Shown: one piece after another, positions 60,401-64,000 of the stretch
How positions within the stretch are numbered: the first letter of the stretch is position 1
Layout: every line of letters starts with the position of its first letter
Source of the DNA: Raillietiella orientalis
Taxonomy: Eukaryota
Direction of reading: 5' to 3'
Length of the DNA stretch: 64,000 nt
NCBI GenBank assembly: GCA_036172245.1
Contig: JAYWIR010000010.1
Location: forward strand, 4,030,001-4,094,000
Made by a program: the position numbers and the translations under genes
Notes under the pieces: generated by a model
The model's input: only the letters and a program-made list of their open reading frames with translations
Database searches by the model: none
Told to the model about the DNA's origin: nothing

Positions 60401-61631
60401 TTAATCTAGGCCAAGATCACCACCACACTTGCTAGTCTCAGGGGAAGTGAATGTGTCAGCTGATGCTCCTGGGAAGCCAAAAGGCATTTCATCGGAAGCC
60501 CCAAACTTTTTGCTTAGTTTCATAATGGCAGAAAGTATCTTTGGATTGTTAGCATATTTGCAAAAGTTTCCTGGATTCTTTGACACATCCATGAAAGCAG
60601 CCATCACTTCTGGGTCCTGATAATGCTGAGTCTATCAACAAGCTCCTCATTAAAAGCATACCTTCATAGCAGCTAGAAATTCTGGATCATTAAACATTTG
60701 TTGGAAAAAGGGAGGGGTTTCTTGCTGCTGTTCTTTAGCCTCTTTAGCAGCCTTCTCTCTTTCTTCCCTGATTCTTCTCATTTCTTCTCTTTTGGCAGCC
60801 AAATCCTTTTCCTTTCTTTTACGTTCATATTTACGATTGTGAGCTTCTAGCTTTGTAACCTAATAGAAAGACTGAATCAGATACTTTCATCAAATTTCAT
60901 CACTGTTTACATTGGGGATAATTTCCTGTAGCCACCTATTTGCTTCTTCATTGTAATCAAACTGACAGGCACGTCTCAAATCCTGGGCAGCCTTTTCCCA
61001 CTCTCCTAAGAGACGATATGCACGTCCACGAAATTTGTGAGCAGCAGCACTATCTGGATTAAGCTGTAATGCTTTATTACAATCTTGAATAGCTGCATTA
61101 GGACGATTCAACTGTAAGAAACAAACAGCACGCTTGACATGGAGAAAAGCTTGTGATGGTTGATGCACAATAGCTTCTGTATACAATTCTTGAGCTCTGG
61201 CATATTCTTTGTTTTCCAAAGCCTCCTCAGCCTCACTTCGTTTTTGTTCCGAGATTTGAATGTCTTCATCTGTGATTTCTCGATTATCATCACCCATGTC
61301 AAGAGACACTTGCTCATCTGGTTCTGTACAACAGCACATTTATACTATACACAAGAGTATACATACCTACAGTATCCAGCTTTTCTAATTCAACTTCGCT
61401 TTCTTCACTGTCTTCATTTTCATCTACAGTCATTTGTGAAGACGACGATTCTTCGGCTGAAGTTTTCGGAGGGGCCGCTTCGGTTTTTTTTGTGGGACAT
61501 GGTGGTATGTGGGCCCCCAAAGATTCAAGATAATCCTTGAAAAACCTGATTTGTGGATTGTACAAAACACTTGGATTTTTTCGGCACACTTCAACAAATA
61601 ATCTCAATTCCTGTATTTGTCTTTCCTCCAT
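60401..61631 (-). CDS. ST13: Hsc70-interacting protein Hip/ST13 co-chaperone, 4 exons: 61631-61367, 61323-60911, 60859-60662, 60616-60401; 363 aa
   Basis: N-terminal dimerisation domain ([16 protein letters not shown]...[14 protein letters not shown]), acidic linker, TPR region ([43 protein letters not shown]), charged region and STI1 domain ([15 protein letters not shown]...YANNPKI). GT-AG introns of 43, 51 and 45 nt give a 1092-nt open frame. Confidence 0.95.
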
Positions 61632-62327
61632 TTCATTTATTTATTGAAACAACTACAAAAAATCTTCATTTCATTACACATCACAATTGCTCAAATTTAG
61701 CTAGTGGTTCAGGCGTTCAACATCAGTCATGAAAACATTACAAAAAAAACTGTGATACTAACTTCATTCATTACTATATTTACATGATATCATGACCCTC
61801 GAGCATACCAAAAACTAATAAAACCTGGAGTCATACTCTTTAATTCTTGGTGTTTGTACCGACCGGCTATCTGTGGGCATGCACGCTGTGCATTCCGTTA
61901 TCAAAATGAACATACGACAAAAGTCGACACGGAACGTACACAACGTATTCTAAGAAATACAAAATGGCATCACTATGCCGATATAACTGAAAAATGGAAT
62001 GAAATGGCACTTCAGTATCGCCTTGATGCTTCAACACGGCACGCATTCTTCACGAACGATCAAATGCGTCCGCAAATCTCTTCTCGAACGTTCCGCACGC
62101 CAAATACTCTTCTAATATTTATACTGTTATAATACTTATTTTGCAGTAATTTCTAGCAAGTATTTCACATCGCAGTGCAATTTGTATTTCTTCCATTCAT
62201 AGCTTTTATGCTTTGCTTACAACTCCAAAAGATTTCTCCAACCTCACTGCTGCAAACTCAGGCTTTACTATGAGAAATTATTAAAAAATCAAGTAAAATA
62301 ATATAAATACACACTATACACTATACA

Positions 62328-62329
<2 letters not shown>

Positions 62330-62363
<34 letters not shown>
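62330..62363. repeat. (TA)n microsatellite
   Basis: Directly visible. Confidence 0.9.
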
Positions 62364-62370
<7 letters not shown>

Positions 62371-64000
62371 CTATATACATATGTATATATAATTTGCAGT
62401 TGTATAGATGGATGGATAAAGATTAGCCTTTCGAGATTGCTCATCACACAATAAAACGGAATTTTTTTCTGCTAAGGACTGTTGTTGTTTTGTACTGGGT
62501 CCGCAGTAGTCGCTCTGTAAATCATGATGATGATGGATTGAAATCATTAATTCAAATTCAATCAAATTCAGACAACGGCTAGTGGCTCCACTCCTATTTC
62601 ACCAGTTAGGTGATGCTGGCAATCGAATTTTATCATTTAGTATCATTTGATTCTAGATACCTGTCGACCTATGATTTCTATCATACAACTTCATTTCTTC
62701 ATTTGATTAGATATTCAATATCATCTGAAGGAGACTGAAATCAAAAACAAAAATGGAAACTGTGTCTTTGCTCTCGAGAATTGCGGCCGTGATAGGCTGT
62801 ATTCTATAGTAGGATGAAGTAATAATTGGAAAATGCAGCAATCATAAATAAGAAGACGATAAGAGGAAACGATTATTAGAAAGCTGTTTGTATGGCGCCT
62901 TTTTTTTTTTTTTTTTTTTGTATTCTGATATTTTAAATTGTCGGTCCCCTTTTGTGTTTTACGTCTGTGAAAAGCTTCGAGAGTTTTTTTTTTTTTTTAG
63001 TAAGCTTACATGATCATAAAAGTGTGGTAATTAACTGAAACCCCTAATGGGTCCCTTTTGAGCAATATCCAGTTTACACACTTTGTAACACATATAGTGA
63101 AGCAAAAATATCTAAACCACCTAATGTTAAGCTAAAAGTTTCAAGTATGTATATATGCATCAAGTTTTTTACTCACTTTGAACTTGCAAAATATGTAAAA
63201 AAATTTATTTTCACATGAGGTAAGCTATAATATTACGGGTTAAACTTCGAGTTCAGATATTCAAAACACGTGGTCTTCGTTTATATTTGCATAACCTACT
63301 TAGTTATGAGAAATTTCCTCGACATGCTTTTTTTTTTCCTGATAATAGTTTCAGATATGCTTAATTTTTCGGTCTATCAAAGCGAAGATATTACATGCAT
63401 ACTTAATGTTGATATCATCGTATTTAGACGTTTTATCTCCATGACTAGGTAAAAATGTCGTTCAAGTACTCTTGCAAATTAGATTCTTCTTGAAAACAGT
63501 GATCAAAGCTGCCCTTGTAAGATGATTGATGAATGAATTATAGTCTTTATATCAGAATTTGTTCCAAACTGGCCATGCTGGTTAAATGAGAGATTTTATT
63601 TACATTGGGTTGTAGTTATGCAAAACTTGCCATTTCAGCATGTGGAACATGACTTACGTATAATTCTCCTCCGCATAAATTTAACTGACTCTGAATTTCA
63701 CGTTTATGGCAAAAAATAACGAGCAAATGTGAACACCGTGTGTAGTTCTTTCATGAGGACATGATTTTTCAAGCACCCAGGATGGCGCTTGACAGAATCT
63801 TCGGGCAAGACTGGAAGAATCAAGCCAAGGTGAAATTAAAGTTTATCGACGTCCTCTTACGGATTCGGTGAAGAAATCGTCTATACTGAGTCACCACAGA
63901 CTGACTTAATATGCAGCAAATACTTTTAAATTCGAAAATTATGTTGCCTGTTCCTTACTGTCACGTGGAATTATACGTACAGGAAAGGAATTATTGTACT

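Noticed and set aside
61854..62132. 92-aa ORF with hydrophobic tail upstream of ST13
   Set aside because: Non-ATG start, no recognisable domain and no supported splice partners.

Overview
Eukaryotic nuclear DNA, most likely from an invertebrate animal; the species cannot be determined from the sequence. It has two compartments. About 1-57 kb is a relatively GC-richer field of decayed transposons with many poly-A/T runs: L1/Tx1-like, CR1-like and Utopia/NeSL-like non-LTR remnants, probable BEL/Pao and Gypsy LTR remnants, mariner/Tc1/Tigger pieces and MITEs, and five copies of a ~700-bp tRNA-headed SINE. About 57-64 kb is AT-rich and holds two intact convergent host genes with very short GT-AG introns (34-51 nt): an ELMOD1/2-like gene (+, 5 exons, 317 aa) and ST13/Hip (-, 4 exons, 363 aa). 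Most ORFs in the supplied track are spurious or TE debris. The best leads are: (1) the SINE carries a variable-length array of ~40-bp units rich in CTTCGG (cUUCGg tetraloop) motifs; (2) a Tx1-like element with an open ORF1 but a ruined ORF2 splits one SINE copy between 12-bp direct repeats; (3) a possible structured ncRNA lies divergent from ELMOD. All motif matches and folds were done by eye; no database search or folding program was run.
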